Shown: one piece after another, positions 26,896 to 40,185 of the stretch | How positions within the stretch are numbered: the first letter of the stretch is position 1 | Layout of the letters: each line of letters starts with the position of its first letter | Source: Candidatus Cloacimonadota bacterium | Lineage (GTDB): Bacteria > Cloacimonadota > Cloacimonadia > Cloacimonadales > PWNZ01 | Direction of reading: 5' to 3' | NCBI GenBank assembly: GCA_003564155.1 | Contig: PWOA01000054.1 | Coordinates: 26,237-90,236, forward strand | DNA: 64,000 nt | Notes under the pieces: generated by a model | Seen by the model: the letters and a program-made list of their open reading frames with translations, nothing else | Database searches by the model: none | What the model was told of the DNA's origin: nothing | Position numbers and translations under genes: made by a program

Positions 26896-27639
26896 ATGAC
26901 TTTTGAATATAGAAGTAAACCAAAGAAACAGGACAATATTACCAAAGAATACAAAGTCGCCAAGAAGTTGGGTTCCATTGGGAAAAAATCAGCTAAAAGT
27001 ATTAACAAGAACTTGACCTCGACTTCAAAGAAGATAAAGACATCTTTTTATCGTAGAGATGGGAAATCTAAATTATCAGCATTGACAGTTGTGTTGGCAT
27101 CACTAATAGTATTCTTTATTATTGGATTTGTGGGGATTAATGTTCTTATGTCACTTGTAGTAGGTGCTGGTAAAGAAGTATTAGTACCGGATCTTTACGA
27201 CTTACATTTTGATGTGGCTCGGAAAAATGCCAGAGAGTTAGATCTTTTTGTTCAACAAATTGAACTTCGTCATCATGATGAAATTGCTCAGAACAGAATT
27301 ATATCTCAATCTCCCGAACCTCATAAAATGACAAAAGCAAACCGAACAATTGAAGTTGTAGTTAGCATGGGTCCCGAATTAGTTAGAGTTCCTTATCTGG
27401 ATAATATCACCGAACAGGAAGCTAAGTTAAGACTTGATAATGTTGGTTTAATATTAGGAGAAAGGATATATCGCTATTCTGATGATGTTTCCAAAGATAG
27501 AATTATTTATTCTCAACCTTTAGCTGATGATTATATTCCTCGGCAAAGCAAAGTAAAAGTTTTTGTGAGTTTGGGTAAACTACCGGACATTTCCGACAGA
27601 CATCAAAGATATAGAGGAGTTCTTGATAATATCGAATAG
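26896..27639 (+). CDS. Membrane-anchored PASTA domain protein
   Basis: Basic N-terminus and one TM helix (LSALTVVLASLIVFFIIGFVGINVLMSLVV), then two PASTA-like modules (VLVPDLYDLHFDVARKNA..., VRVPYLDNITEQEAKLRLDNVGL...VKVFVSLG). Confidence 0.7.
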   Translation: MTFEYRSKPKKQDNITKEYKVAKKLGSIGKKSAKSINKNLTSTSKKIKTSFYRRDGKSKLSALTVVLASLIVFFIIGFVGINVLMSLVVGAGKEVLVPDLYDLHFDVARKNARELDLFVQQIELRHHDEIAQNRIISQSPEPHKMTKANRTIEVVVSMGPELVRVPYLDNITEQEAKLRLDNVGLILGERIYRYSDDVSKDRIIYSQPLADDYIPRQSKVKVFVSLGKLPDISDRHQRYRGVLDNIE

Positions 27640-27715
27640 ATACTTTGGTTTCTATATTTTCAGGGAAAGTGATCACAAATAATTATACAATATATTTTTT
27701 ATAAACAACCCATAA

Positions 27716-29644
<1,929 letters not shown>

Positions 29645-29724
29645 TGCAAATTAAAGACTCGCTTTTATTACTCAATTTCTGATACTTGAGTAAATTATTT
29701 TATGCGAATATTAACGGAGGTTGA

Positions 29725-32271
29725 ATGAACATAGATAAATCAAGAATAATTTCAGTTGAAATTGAAGACGAATTAAAGAAATCTTATTTAGAATACTCGA
29801 TGAGTGTTATTGTATCAAGAGCATTACCTGATGCTCGAGATGGGTTAAAACCTTCTCAAAGAAGAATACTGTATGCCATGCATGAACTAAACCTTCTACC
29901 TGATAAAGGATTTCGAAAATGTGCAAAAATTGCAGGTGATACTTCAGGTAACTACCATCCCCACGGAGAGCAAGTTATTTACCCGACTCTTGTGAGATTA
30001 GCTCAACCATGGAACATGCGTTATCCTTTAATACAAGGACAAGGAAATTTTGGTTCCATTGACGGGGATCCACCGGCGGCTATGAGGTATACAGAAGCTA
30101 GAATGTCAAAAATTGCAGTTGACTTACTCACAGATATTGGGAAGGATACTGTTGATTTTCGGGTAAACTATGATGAAACAAGATCTGAACCTACTGTATT
30201 TCCAACTAACTTTCCAAACTTATTAATTAATGGATGTTCAGGTATTGCCGTAGGTATGGCTACTAATATGCCCCCTCATAATTTAGGCGAAGTTTGTGAT
30301 GCACTCGTAGCATTAGTTGATAACCCTCAATTAACACCTTTAGAAGTGATGGATTATATACATGGACCCGATTTCCCAACCGGGGGATATATATTAGGAA
30401 GAGCTGGAATAATTGATTATTATCAAACAGGGTATGGACGTATACGTTCTAGAGGTAAAGCTGAGGTAGAAACAAAAAGTAATGGCTCAGAGTATATTGT
30501 AATTTCCCAAATCCCATATCAGGTTAATAAAACAGTGATGATTGAACGAATAGTTAATCTAGTTAAAGAAAAAAAAATTGAGGGTATTAGCGATATACGA
30601 GATGAATCGGGACGAGATGGCATGAGGTTGATTATTGAGATTAAACGTAACGATGATGCTCACATTGTATTGAATCAACTATATAAATATTCTCAGCTAC
30701 AGGATTCTTATGGAGTTATTAATCTTACGTTAGTTGGTGGAGTTCCCAAAGTCTTGAATATAATTCAACTATTAAAGCAGTTCCTTGATTTTCGACATAA
30801 CATCCTTGTAAGAAGAACAAAATATGATCTTGATAATGCCGAAAAAAGACTCCATATTTTGGAAGGTTTACTAGTAGCTTTATCAAACATAGATGAGATT
30901 ATTAAAACTATAAAAGAATCAGGTAACGTTCAGGAAGCCAGTCAAAGACTTCAAGATAGTTTTTCTTTAACTGAGATTCAAGCAAAAGCGATTCTGGATA
31001 TGCGGTTACAAAAATTAACCGGTATGGAGAGAGATAAAATTGAAGAAGAACATAATCAAATTAAAAATACTATAAATCATCTAAAAGAAATATTAGATAA
31101 CGAACCTTTGAGGTTGAAGATTATTAAAGATGAAATCAAGGAGATAAAAAAGAAATACAATGATCAAAGAAGGTCAATAATAACAGAACATGTAACTGAT
31201 TTTGAAACTGAAGATTTAATAACAGAAGAAGAAATGGTAGTTACAATATCTCATGAAGGCTATATAAAAAGAATGCAGCTTGATACTTATCGTCAACAAC
31301 GAAGAGGAGGTAGAGGTCTATCCGGTTCTAATTTAAAAAAGGAAGATTTTATAGAGTCAATCTTTGTTGCATCAACACATGCTTATATTCTGTTTTTCAC
31401 TAATTTTGGTAAATGTTATTGGTTAAAAGTTTATCAACTTCCTTTAGTTAGCAGATTAGCAAAAGGAAAGGCTATAGTTAATCTTTTACCTCTTGAAGAA
31501 GGAGATAAAATCAAAGCTTATGTTATAGCTAGAGATTTTAAAGAACCATTTAATATTGTTATGACCACTAAAAAAGGGATCATTAAAAAGACTGCTTTAG
31601 AAGCTTATTCAAGACCCAGATCCTCAGGAATAATTGCGATCAAATTGATGGAAGGTGACGAGTTGGTTGCTGCTAATATATCTGAAGGACAAGATGATAT
31701 TATACTTGCTACCAAGTTTGGGTATGCTACCAGATTTAATGAGGATAGAGTTAGAACTGTAAGCCGGAATTCACAAGGTGTTAAAGGCATAAAATTAAGA
31801 GATAGTACAGATGAAGTTGTGGCTATGGTTGTGTTAAGAAACAACGGATCAATCTTGGCAATTAGTGAAAACGGATACGGCAAAAGAACAACTACTGACG
31901 CATATACTGTTAAAAATAGAGGTACGATGGGAGTTAGAACTCTAAAAACTACTCAACGTAATGGCTATTTGGTTTCTTTAGTTGAAGTTACCGATAATGA
32001 TGACCTGATGATTGTTACAAAGGCTGGTATGATTATTCGTCAAGCAGTAAAAAATATTTCATTAATTGGTAGAAATACGCAAGGAGTTAGGCTTGTGAAC
32101 CTTAATAATGACGATAAAGTTTATGACGTTACCTGTATCGCTCATGAAGAAGAGAATAGTGATCATGGTTCTGATGATAATAATGATAATTCACAAGTAA
32201 CGTCAAAAGTAGAAAAGTCAGACAAGCTTATACATACTAAACCAACTTCATCAAAAGATAATAATCAATAA
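29725..32271 (+). CDS. gyrA: DNA gyrase subunit A
   Basis: [21 protein letters not shown], the [10 protein letters not shown] active-site Tyr region, and the GyrA box [10 protein letters not shown]. These identify gyrase rather than topoisomerase IV. The C-terminal tail is acidic and low-complexity. Confidence 0.92.
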   Translation: MNIDKSRIISVEIEDELKKSYLEYSMSVIVSRALPDARDGLKPSQRRILYAMHELNLLPDKGFRKCAKIAGDTSGNYHPHGEQVIYPTLVRLAQPWNMRYPLIQGQGNFGSIDGDPPAAMRYTEARMSKIAVDLLTDIGKDTVDFRVNYDETRSEPTVFPTNFPNLLINGCSGIAVGMATNMPPHNLGEVCDALVALVDNPQLTPLEVMDYIHGPDFPTGGYILGRAGIIDYYQTGYGRIRSRGKAEVETKSNGSEYIVISQIPYQVNKTVMIERIVNLVKEKKIEGISDIRDESGRDGMRLIIEIKRNDDAHIVLNQLYKYSQLQDSYGVINLTLVGGVPKVLNIIQLLKQFLDFRHNILVRRTKYDLDNAEKRLHILEGLLVALSNIDEIIKTIKESGNVQEASQRLQDSFSLTEIQAKAILDMRLQKLTGMERDKIEEEHNQIKNTINHLKEILDNEPLRLKIIKDEIKEIKKKYNDQRRSIITEHVTDFETEDLITEEEMVVTISHEGYIKRMQLDTYRQQRRGGRGLSGSNLKKEDFIESIFVASTHAYILFFTNFGKCYWLKVYQLPLVSRLAKGKAIVNLLPLEEGDKIKAYVIARDFKEPFNIVMTTKKGIIKKTALEAYSRPRSSGIIAIKLMEGDELVAANISEGQDDIILATKFGYATRFNEDRVRTVSRNSQGVKGIKLRDSTDEVVAMVVLRNNGSILAISENGYGKRTTTDAYTVKNRGTMGVRTLKTTQRNGYLVSLVEVTDNDDLMIVTKAGMIIRQAVKNISLIGRNTQGVRLVNLNNDDKVYDVTCIAHEEENSDHGSDDNNDNSQVTSKVEKSDKLIHTKPTSSKDNNQ

Positions 32272-32277
32272 GAACTT

Positions 32278-32883
32278 ATGGCGATTAGCATGTTCGTTTA
32301 CAATATATTAAAGATAAATGAAAACATACTATTGTTGATAACAGTATTAACATTTGTGTTTATTATCGTAAGCGGATGTGCTACCAGCTACTACCCCAAA
32401 GCTAGTGATAGAGTGATGGTCGAGAATGATTACGCTATCATAAAAGCCGATGATATCTCTTTTGCTATTAGTCATAAAAGATGGGCATCCGAACCGCAAA
32501 AAATTAGCGACTATTTTACTACTTATCATGTCATTATAAAGAATGAAAGCTCTGAAAGTATTACAATATCATACGAAGACATTATCTTATTGGATGAAGA
32601 TAGGAATCAGTATGATACAATACGATACAGTGACGTTGGGGACATGATGTTTAAAGATGATTATCTAATAGATAAATTTATGCCTTATCATGAAAGAGAA
32701 AATACTAGATCGGATAACTTGAGGAGGGCGAGAGCTTCTCTTATGCAAAACTCTTTGCATTTCGGGGATATTATGCCAAATGCAAGAAAATCAGGGTATA
32801 TATTCTTTAGCAGAATTTCACCTGCAAACGAAAAAACGTCGATATTATTTCGAGGAGTTGAAATCGTATTTGTTAAGAAATAG
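32278..32883 (+). CDS. Hypothetical lipoprotein
   Basis: Hydrophobic N-terminus ending in the lipobox IVSGC. I recognise no family. It starts 6 nt after the gyrA stop. Confidence 0.6.
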   Translation: MAISMFVYNILKINENILLLITVLTFVFIIVSGCATSYYPKASDRVMVENDYAIIKADDISFAISHKRWASEPQKISDYFTTYHVIIKNESSESITISYEDIILLDEDRNQYDTIRYSDVGDMMFKDDYLIDKFMPYHERENTRSDNLRRARASLMQNSLHFGDIMPNARKSGYIFFSRISPANEKTSILFRGVEIVFVKK

Positions 32884-32923
32884 TGAGGGAGTTTAAATTA
32901 AATATAATTACTGTTGTATGTCG

Positions 32924-33949
32924 TTAAACTTCTCGTGTACCTTTTGTCGAAAAGGGATTAAGATCTAGAGACGAGAAATTGTTGTTTTTGTATTTTACTA
33001 TCGCTGCCGCTCCTATCATTGAAGCATTATCCATGCAATATTCGATTGGAGGCGCAAATACTTTTATATCTAATTTCTCAGCTTTTTGAAATATTTGTTT
33101 CCTGAGAAGACTGTTTGCTGAAACGCCTCCTGCCAAAACTATCTTTTTAATGTTTTTTGACTTTGCGTAATTAACAGTCTTTTTAACTAGAGGCTCAATT
33201 ATTGCAACCTGAGCAGATGCAGCTAAATGATGGATATTCTTTTTAATAAATTCTGGGCTTTGAGAGTGTATGTATGAGCTAAATGCTGTCTTTAAGCCGC
33301 TATAGCTAAAGTTGTAGTTGTTTTGTTGGTTAAATGCTCGGGGAAAATAATGAAATGAAAGATCCCCCTTTTTACTCAACTTATCGATTATGGGACCTCC
33401 AGGGTATTCTAATCTCAGAATTTTTGCGATTTTGTCAAATGCCTCACCGGCAGCATCGTCACACGTATTACCAATTAAAGTAAAAGTTTGTTCGTCCTTA
33501 AAATGAATCAATTCCGTATGACCTCCGGATACGACTAAAGCTAAAAAAGGGGCGGATAAATCCGGAGAAGTTATTTTATTGGCATAAATATGTCCCATCA
33601 AATGGTTTACTGCAATCAGGGGAATGTTTAGACTGTAGGAAAGTGCTTTAGCATACGATACTCCAACTAGGAGACTGCCGATTAATCCAGGATTGACTGA
33701 TACTGCTATGGCATCAATATTGGTGAGGTTTATTAAAGCCTTATTCAATGAAGACTTGGTTAACTTCATAATATGCTTCATATGGATACGTGATGCAATT
33801 TCAGGAACAACACCACCATAAAGATTATGTATCAATTGAGCATCGTTAATATTAGCTAAAACTTTATAATCTGAATTTATGATGGCGACCGAAGTGTCGT
33901 CACATGAAGTCTCTATTGCTAAGATGTTAAAAGGTTTGTTCATCATCAT
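32924..33949 (-). CDS. tsaD: tRNA N6-adenosine threonylcarbamoyltransferase TsaD
   Basis: ILAIETSCDDTSVAI, the NHLMGHIYA metal-binding histidines, VVSGGHTEL, and GGVSANSLLR. 341 aa. Confidence 0.92.
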   Translation of the reverse strand: MMMNKPFNILAIETSCDDTSVAIINSDYKVLANINDAQLIHNLYGGVVPEIASRIHMKHIMKLTKSSLNKALINLTNIDAIAVSVNPGLIGSLLVGVSYAKALSYSLNIPLIAVNHLMGHIYANKITSPDLSAPFLALVVSGGHTELIHFKDEQTFTLIGNTCDDAAGEAFDKIAKILRLEYPGGPIIDKLSKKGDLSFHYFPRAFNQQNNYNFSYSGLKTAFSSYIHSQSPEFIKKNIHHLAASAQVAIIEPLVKKTVNYAKSKNIKKIVLAGGVSANSLLRKQIFQKAEKLDIKVFAPPIEYCMDNASMIGAAAIVKYKNNNFSSLDLNPFSTKGTREV

Positions 33950-34023
33950 TATACATTGTAACTTTGGAGATCTTAAACAATATAACTAACCAAATAACTA
34001 TGAGTTTTTATTTGTTGAGTCAC

Positions 34024-34932
34024 TTAATTATTATCGATTTCTTTCCGAATTACTTGGACCCTACGAGGGGTATAGTCCACTAATTTGACATTATCAGGAA
34101 CATAAAATTTAGTCACAGCAAAATCATTATTGTGATCAGGTTCTATTTCGATATAAGCTCTAACCATATCAGGTTTGATTTGTGCGATATTTTCACTGCT
34201 GCCTTCAATTTTGATGGTAGCATATTGAGGTATGATAATGATTCCTAAATGTTGGGGATATTCAATATTTATCATTGGTATCGTTTTACTTGAATATGAT
34301 TGATGTTCCAAAATTATTTGAACGACGTCCGGTTTAATACCTAAGACTTTCTCAGGTATTTCGAGTTCAACCACAGGATGTAAATCGTTAACGATATTTT
34401 TCGACAAGGGGATTGTTGTTATATTAGTGATTTTATTTATAATTTGTTCAGGACCTTCAATGTCCACCTCTGCTGGTGATATAGTGGCATTGCGCTGTCG
34501 GAAAAACATCTCATCTTCCAATGTGAGGAATCTCTTAATTATTTTTACTTTAGATCTTTTAATACGGTCAAAGTCAAAATTAATATGGCGATTAAGATAA
34601 AAATTTATTGTTCCGGGTTGGACTGTTTCTTGAAGGACTATATCATGTTCAGTTACGTTTACCTCATTACTGCCATAAGTGAAATTTTTAGCATTAATTT
34701 CGATATAGTTATTAGTCCTAATAAGATTATATACATGAAAACCTTTACCTTCTACAAATATCTCTATTTGATCAGAGCTTGCAGGGGATAAAATAAGATC
34801 ATCACTGAGATTACTAAACATTACTGGTAGCTCTATCTGGGTATGATGAGTTTTCATGAGATGGTGAACACTCCAAACCATTAAAACAATTAAAAGTACT
34901 AATATCTTCAAGTTTAAAGATTTTAAGGACAT
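34024..34932 (-). CDS. YbbR-like domain protein (membrane anchored)
   Basis: An N-terminal TM helix followed by repeated ~90-aa beta modules with a ..ISPAEVDIEGPEQIINKI..-type YbbR signature. The assignment is moderate. Confidence 0.6.
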   Translation of the reverse strand: MSLKSLNLKILVLLIVLMVWSVHHLMKTHHTQIELPVMFSNLSDDLILSPASSDQIEIFVEGKGFHVYNLIRTNNYIEINAKNFTYGSNEVNVTEHDIVLQETVQPGTINFYLNRHINFDFDRIKRSKVKIIKRFLTLEDEMFFRQRNATISPAEVDIEGPEQIINKITNITTIPLSKNIVNDLHPVVELEIPEKVLGIKPDVVQIILEHQSYSSKTIPMINIEYPQHLGIIIIPQYATIKIEGSSENIAQIKPDMVRAYIEIEPDHNNDFAVTKFYVPDNVKLVDYTPRRVQVIRKEIDNN

Positions 34933-34951
34933 TATTGATTCTCTGGAGCGG

Positions 34952-36967
34952 TTATTGTTTAATTAAGTTCTTTAAATATTTTTTGTCAGCTAAATGAGGT
35001 AAAGTAATATGACCTTGCTGAGTATTTTGCTTGTTCCATTCAATGATGGTGTCTAAAGCAGGTGTGTTACCGGCCCAACTTCTTCGAGCTACTCCTCCAA
35101 TAACATCCCAAGAAATACCTTTTCTGATGATTTCATCTGTTCTATAACTACCATCTAAAAGAATTCCATTTCCTCCATTAGATGAACGACCTATTCCAAC
35201 TCCACCTCCATTTGACAATACAACTAAGGTCATTCCGCGTGCAATATTTCCACCAAAACATTGTACTGACATGTCTGATGTTGTATTACTTCCGTCATAT
35301 ATATTTGCTGTTTCTCTGAACGGTGAATCTGTTCCCGAAACATCATGATGATCTCTGCCCAACATGATAGGACCGACTTTTTGATTTCTAACTAATTCAT
35401 TGAATCTTAGGGCTATTTTTATTCTTCCTATATCGTCAGCATATAATATTCTAGCCTTAGTGCCGACCACAAGGTTATTGCTATCAGCTGTTGATATCCA
35501 ATGATAATTATCTCTGTCATTTGCGTTTCTATTTGGGTTTATTGATTCCATAGCTAATTGGTCGGTTATTTGCAAATCTTCTGATTTTCCTGACAAACAG
35601 ACCCAACGGAAGGGGCCGTATCCTTTATCAAAGCATAGTGGTCCCATAATGTCTTCTACATAAGATGGGAAGATGAATCCATCATTTTGATTATCTTTAT
35701 TTTTTGCGATATCGGTTATTCCTGCTTCAAAAACGGAAGTTAAGAAACTGTTACCATAATCCCAAAAATGTGAGCCGCAAGAAGTTAGGCGCTTTATAAC
35801 ATGAAAATGTCTACATAATGATTCATCTACTTTTTTTCTGAACTCGCCAGGTTCCCGCTCCATTAAACTACGCGCTTGTCCATAAGTAAGTCCTACAGGG
35901 CAATAACCTCCTTCGTAAACAACGTGACATGAAGTTTGGTCTGATATAAGTTCCGGAACAATTTCCTTTTTAGCCAAATACTCAAGCAGGTCAACAATAT
36001 TTCCATGATATGCAATTGAAACACCCTTATGATGTTGAGCACTTTTGTCTGCAGTATTTTTCTTAAGATTATTTATCCAATTACCAATCACATCTAAGTT
36101 ATCTGATTTTCTTGCCACCCATCCTTGTGAGTATCTCATTTCTATTCGAGATTCGTCGACTTCAGCTATCACTCCAATTCCTCCGGCTATCTCGACAGCT
36201 TTCGCTTGAGCACCAGACATACCACCTAACCCTGAAGAAACAAAAAGGACACCACTCAAATCTTGATCTGAAGGTATATTCAGATAAAGCCTTCCTGCAT
36301 TAAGTAGCGTTAGATAAGTACCATGGACTATTCCCTGAGGACCAATGTACATCCAACCACCCGCTGTCATCTGTCCATAGTTTGTAACCCCTAAAGCTGC
36401 CAGATGACGGAAATGCTGGGGATTATCCCATTGCCCGATTATTAAACCATTTGTTACAATGACACGGGGAGCCATTTCCGAGGAAGGAAATAAACCTAAG
36501 GGATGCCCTGAACTAACAACTAAAGTTTGGTCATCTCTTATATTCTCTAAGTATTTTTTTACTAAGAGATACTGCATCCAATTTGCAAAAACTTGTCCTG
36601 TTTCACCATAAGTAACTAACTCATAAGGGTACAATGCTACATCAAAATCCAGATTATTATCAATCATAACCTGTAAAGATCTGCCAGCTATTGATCCTTT
36701 ATATTCAGATACGGGTTTTGCTTTAATATTACCGGTAGGCCTAAACCTGTAACCGTAAATTCTTCCCATTGTTTTTAATTCATTTAAAAATTCAGGAGCT
36801 ATTTCTTCATGCAACTCTTTTGGTATGTAACGAAGAGCATTTTGTAATGCTAATATAGTATCGGCTTCCCCAAGGTTATAACCTCTGTTGGGTGCTCGTC
36901 TGATTCCCGGATAAAACTCCTTTCTCGAAGGTAAAACATTACATAGTGTATATTCTTCTTTATGCAT
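34952..36967 (-). CDS. hutU: Urocanate hydratase (long form)
   Basis: GLGGMSGAQAKA NAD-binding motif, SDQTSCH, GPFRWVCLSG, and the VTNGLIIGQWDNPQHF region. 671 aa. GGAGAA lies upstream. Confidence 0.88.
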   Translation of the reverse strand: MHKEEYTLCNVLPSRKEFYPGIRRAPNRGYNLGEADTILALQNALRYIPKELHEEIAPEFLNELKTMGRIYGYRFRPTGNIKAKPVSEYKGSIAGRSLQVMIDNNLDFDVALYPYELVTYGETGQVFANWMQYLLVKKYLENIRDDQTLVVSSGHPLGLFPSSEMAPRVIVTNGLIIGQWDNPQHFRHLAALGVTNYGQMTAGGWMYIGPQGIVHGTYLTLLNAGRLYLNIPSDQDLSGVLFVSSGLGGMSGAQAKAVEIAGGIGVIAEVDESRIEMRYSQGWVARKSDNLDVIGNWINNLKKNTADKSAQHHKGVSIAYHGNIVDLLEYLAKKEIVPELISDQTSCHVVYEGGYCPVGLTYGQARSLMEREPGEFRKKVDESLCRHFHVIKRLTSCGSHFWDYGNSFLTSVFEAGITDIAKNKDNQNDGFIFPSYVEDIMGPLCFDKGYGPFRWVCLSGKSEDLQITDQLAMESINPNRNANDRDNYHWISTADSNNLVVGTKARILYADDIGRIKIALRFNELVRNQKVGPIMLGRDHHDVSGTDSPFRETANIYDGSNTTSDMSVQCFGGNIARGMTLVVLSNGGGVGIGRSSNGGNGILLDGSYRTDEIIRKGISWDVIGGVARRSWAGNTPALDTIIEWNKQNTQQGHITLPHLADKKYLKNLIKQ

Positions 36968-37021
36968 CTATTCTCCTTGGATATGTTAAATATTTGCAAC
37001 AGCTATTTGATTTTTAAACTA

Positions 37022-37846
37022 TCATTTAATATAGCCTACATTCTCCACATAATTATTTGAAACTATATTGTCATAAAGATAGTGTTCGATGTTATCATTG
37101 ATTGTTTTGATTACATCAGCATGTACAACTCCCAATCTTTTTGGTGATTTCCTTTTCCGGAGCACAAAGATTATATCTGTGTATGAAAAGAGATCTTCGT
37201 GTTTAAAATTTACGTCCAGATTTTCACAAATAACAATTATCTTAGATTTGCTGAAAGTTTGCTTCGCCTTTTTTGCAAAGTATTCAATACGGATCATATC
37301 ATCTGAGTGTAGTTTTTTATAAATAAAGAAAACTGTTAATGGTAAAGATACACAATGCTTGGAAAAGTTCTTTTTCCCATGAATACGGAACTGTAAATCG
37401 AGTTTTTGAGTGAGTTGATAAAAATGAGGTGAGTCTTTATAGGTAAAATTAAGCTCTTTTTCGAGATTGCTGAAACGATTAGGATTAAAATTCATATTCA
37501 TTGTAAAACTTTGTTTACCCCATGAAATACCCTTGTTATTTAGTATCTTTTGTCTTTTTATAATTGAATTAAGATAATCATCAATATAGTTTGACGACAA
37601 GATTGAAGAGCTTTTCTTAAAACCGGTCTTAGTTGGTTTATTATAAGAATATTTGTGACTATCTAACTGAGAGGTAAATTCTGTCATCGCCTTAGCTATT
37701 ATTTCAGGATAGCTTTTATCGTCCGGATTGATTGAAAGTGCATCAACGTATTTTCTATACTGTAACAGTATCTCGTTAAGGTACATCTTGTTAACAATGT
37801 TTTTCTCATCTTTTAGTGTTTTTTTCAGCTCATTCCCATAAATCAT
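37022..37846 (-). CDS. Hypothetical protein (Lys/Asn-rich, no recognisable family)
   Basis: 274-aa ORF with AGGGA upstream of the ATG. It has a 500-nt noncoding stretch on its 5' side. There is only a vague nuclease-fold resemblance, discussed in the findings. Confidence 0.6.
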   Translation of the reverse strand: MIYGNELKKTLKDEKNIVNKMYLNEILLQYRKYVDALSINPDDKSYPEIIAKAMTEFTSQLDSHKYSYNKPTKTGFKKSSSILSSNYIDDYLNSIIKRQKILNNKGISWGKQSFTMNMNFNPNRFSNLEKELNFTYKDSPHFYQLTQKLDLQFRIHGKKNFSKHCVSLPLTVFFIYKKLHSDDMIRIEYFAKKAKQTFSKSKIIVICENLDVNFKHEDLFSYTDIIFVLRKRKSPKRLGVVHADVIKTINDNIEHYLYDNIVSNNYVENVGYIK

Positions 37847-38348
37847 TTATATTATCCCTGTAGTTTCATTATTTTTAATCATTACACCTGTATAATTTAT
37901 ATACAAGCATCTCGAGTATAGTTGTTAAAGTAAAGTAATTTGTATATCGACATATTTAAAACTATCTCATTTCTCTATTCTTTGCTATAATTAGAGCAAT
38001 CTCATCTTAAGAGTGTAAGTTCTAAGAAATTAATCATTTGTTCATTAACTAAAATAGAATGATAAACGCTAAATATATGTTATTGTGTATCATCGATAAT
38101 AATTATTATTACCATATTTATATAGATAAGTGAAGTATTCTTAGATTCTTATTATTTTTATTCTTAACTGTTCACTAAATAACCTTAATGTGTCAAGTAT
38201 AATCGTTAATAAGTAAAATAACAGATTGATGGTTCTGATCGACAAGTGTTGGATGTTAGTAATTAATTACCATATTGATGATAATTAATATATTCTTCGT
38301 TAAACACATATCTCTTAGCATGACGATTATATCATAAGATTACTTTTA

Positions 38349-40118
38349 TTATGATGAAATTTGTCTGGATCCGGTAACAAAATTTCGGTATTCTGGATAC
38401 TGTTTTATAATTAAATCGTGTTGACCTTTAGCTATCAGATATCCACTGTCAAGAAAGATTACATTATCAACATAACGAATGGTCGAGAGTCGATGGGAAA
38501 CAATAAAACAGGTAATTTCACCAAATTGTTTTGATATGTCGTTCCATAAGTTTTCTTCATTATCGGCATCCAAACTGGCAGTTATGTCATCAAAAAAGAG
38601 AATTTGCGGTTGTCTGAGTAAAGCTCTGGCTATTGCCAGACGTTGCTTTTGCCCACCGGAAAGAGTGACACCTCTTTGACCAACTCTCGTTGAATCTTGT
38701 TCTTTGAAGAGTTGGATTTCTCGTTTCATTTGAACTATATCCAATACTGACCGATAAAGATCATCTGAAACAGAATCTTTACCAAAAATGATATTATCTT
38801 TGATTGATCCGGTAAAGAGAAATGGTTCTTGAGGGACATAACCTATCTTTTCTCTGAAATCAACTAAATCAATCTCATCTAACGGAATACCATTGATTTT
38901 TATTACTCCTTTTTGGGGAGTTAATAAACCGGTTAAAAGCCCTAAAATTGTACTTTTACCTGCGCCTATCGGACCAATTATTATTGCTCTTTCTCCCTTT
39001 TTTGTGTTAAAGCTGACATTGTTCAATATGTTAATTTCATCTTTTGAATAACTGAAAGAAACGTCTTCAAAAGATATCGTTTCAATTTTGGAGAGCTTGT
39101 TTTTTGCTGGTATTACCGGTTTGGCTATAGGGTAGTTTTTTATTTCTTCTAAACGGTCAATGTTGACGAAAGCTTGTTTACCTGAGACAAACAGCTGGGG
39201 TAAATCGAGTATCGGATATATAATCATTGATAAGAAGGTATAAAATGCGAAAAAAGTACCTATCGTTATATCATTTGTTACGACCATTATCCCACCAAAA
39301 ACTATTACGGCTATTTGAGCAAAATAATCAATATACTCATAGATCATCCTTATTCTTGTATTAAGTGTTACTAATCTTATCTCAGTTTTAAAGCGTTTAG
39401 AAAGAGTATCAGTGAAAAATCTTTTATATTTATTCTCGCAGACAAATGCTTTTATGATCTTTATCCCTGAAAAACTCATTTCTAATTGATTATTGATTTC
39501 ACTAATTGCTTCCTGATTTTTTTTAAAGGAATTATGTAATTTATTTGAAGTAATGTAAAAGATGATCATCATTATCGGCAAAGGGATTAAAGTAAGCATT
39601 GTTAATTGCCAATTTAGATAAAACATTGCTGCAATACAGAACATGATTTTTGTGAAAGACTCCAGTGATCTGAATATGCCGGAACACATAAACCAGGCAA
39701 TCTTCGGGAAATCTGTTATATCTGAAGTCAACCTAGTAACCAGATCTCCTGTACGAAAAATATTAAAGAAATTAAAATCTTTCTTTAATATTTCCGAGAA
39801 ATAACGGATTCTAAGAACATATTCAAACGTTGTGTTCATTAATGATCGGAAACCCGGATAAGTAGAAACTGTCAATTTTACCAATCCGACGATAATAAAG
39901 AGCCAGATAATCGCCCATAATTCCGGCCCTATGTCGCTATATATTTCCGGTCTTTCAACCATATACTGTAATGTGTCTAACAATTTTTTTATAATCAATG
40001 GGAAAGTAACAGTTACTGAAGCCGAAACTAATGTTAAAAATAACAATAAACTCAGCATTAATTTGTGAGATCGCCATTCATTAATAATCCATTTAATGTT
40101 TCTTATATTATGTTTCAT
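38349..40118 (-). CDS. ABC exporter, fused permease/ATPase (heterodimer partner 2)
   Basis: Six-TM exporter domain followed by Walker A GPIGAGKST, signature LSGGQKQR and Walker B ILFFDD. GAGGG lies 5 nt upstream of ATG 40118. An alternative ATG at 40133 would add 5 aa. Confidence 0.88.
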   Translation of the reverse strand: MKHNIRNIKWIINEWRSHKLMLSLLLFLTLVSASVTVTFPLIIKKLLDTLQYMVERPEIYSDIGPELWAIIWLFIIVGLVKLTVSTYPGFRSLMNTTFEYVLRIRYFSEILKKDFNFFNIFRTGDLVTRLTSDITDFPKIAWFMCSGIFRSLESFTKIMFCIAAMFYLNWQLTMLTLIPLPIMMIIFYITSNKLHNSFKKNQEAISEINNQLEMSFSGIKIIKAFVCENKYKRFFTDTLSKRFKTEIRLVTLNTRIRMIYEYIDYFAQIAVIVFGGIMVVTNDITIGTFFAFYTFLSMIIYPILDLPQLFVSGKQAFVNIDRLEEIKNYPIAKPVIPAKNKLSKIETISFEDVSFSYSKDEINILNNVSFNTKKGERAIIIGPIGAGKSTILGLLTGLLTPQKGVIKINGIPLDEIDLVDFREKIGYVPQEPFLFTGSIKDNIIFGKDSVSDDLYRSVLDIVQMKREIQLFKEQDSTRVGQRGVTLSGGQKQRLAIARALLRQPQILFFDDITASLDADNEENLWNDISKQFGEITCFIVSHRLSTIRYVDNVIFLDSGYLIAKGQHDLIIKQYPEYRNFVTGSRQISS

Positions 40119-40185
40119 GTTGACCCTCGTCATATTTGTGATATAAGCTAAAAATTATTACTTGATTCTATCCTTTATCAAGCTG

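Noticed and set aside
29668-29693. 8-bp AT-rich hairpin TTACTCAA-N10-TTGAGTAA between gyrB and gyrA, considered as a terminator or attenuator
   Set aside because: The stem is all A/T except two pairs, the loop is 10 nt, and the downstream U-tract is interrupted. gyrB and gyrA are probably co-transcribed. The evidence is too weak to call.
37847-38348. The 500-nt AT-rich spacer considered as a replication origin, CRISPR leader or decayed gene
   Set aside because: It has no DnaA-box cluster and no direct repeats beyond an 11-mer (ATTACCATATT, present twice). No frame stays open long enough to identify a pseudogene. It is kept only as an unexplained spacer in the findings.
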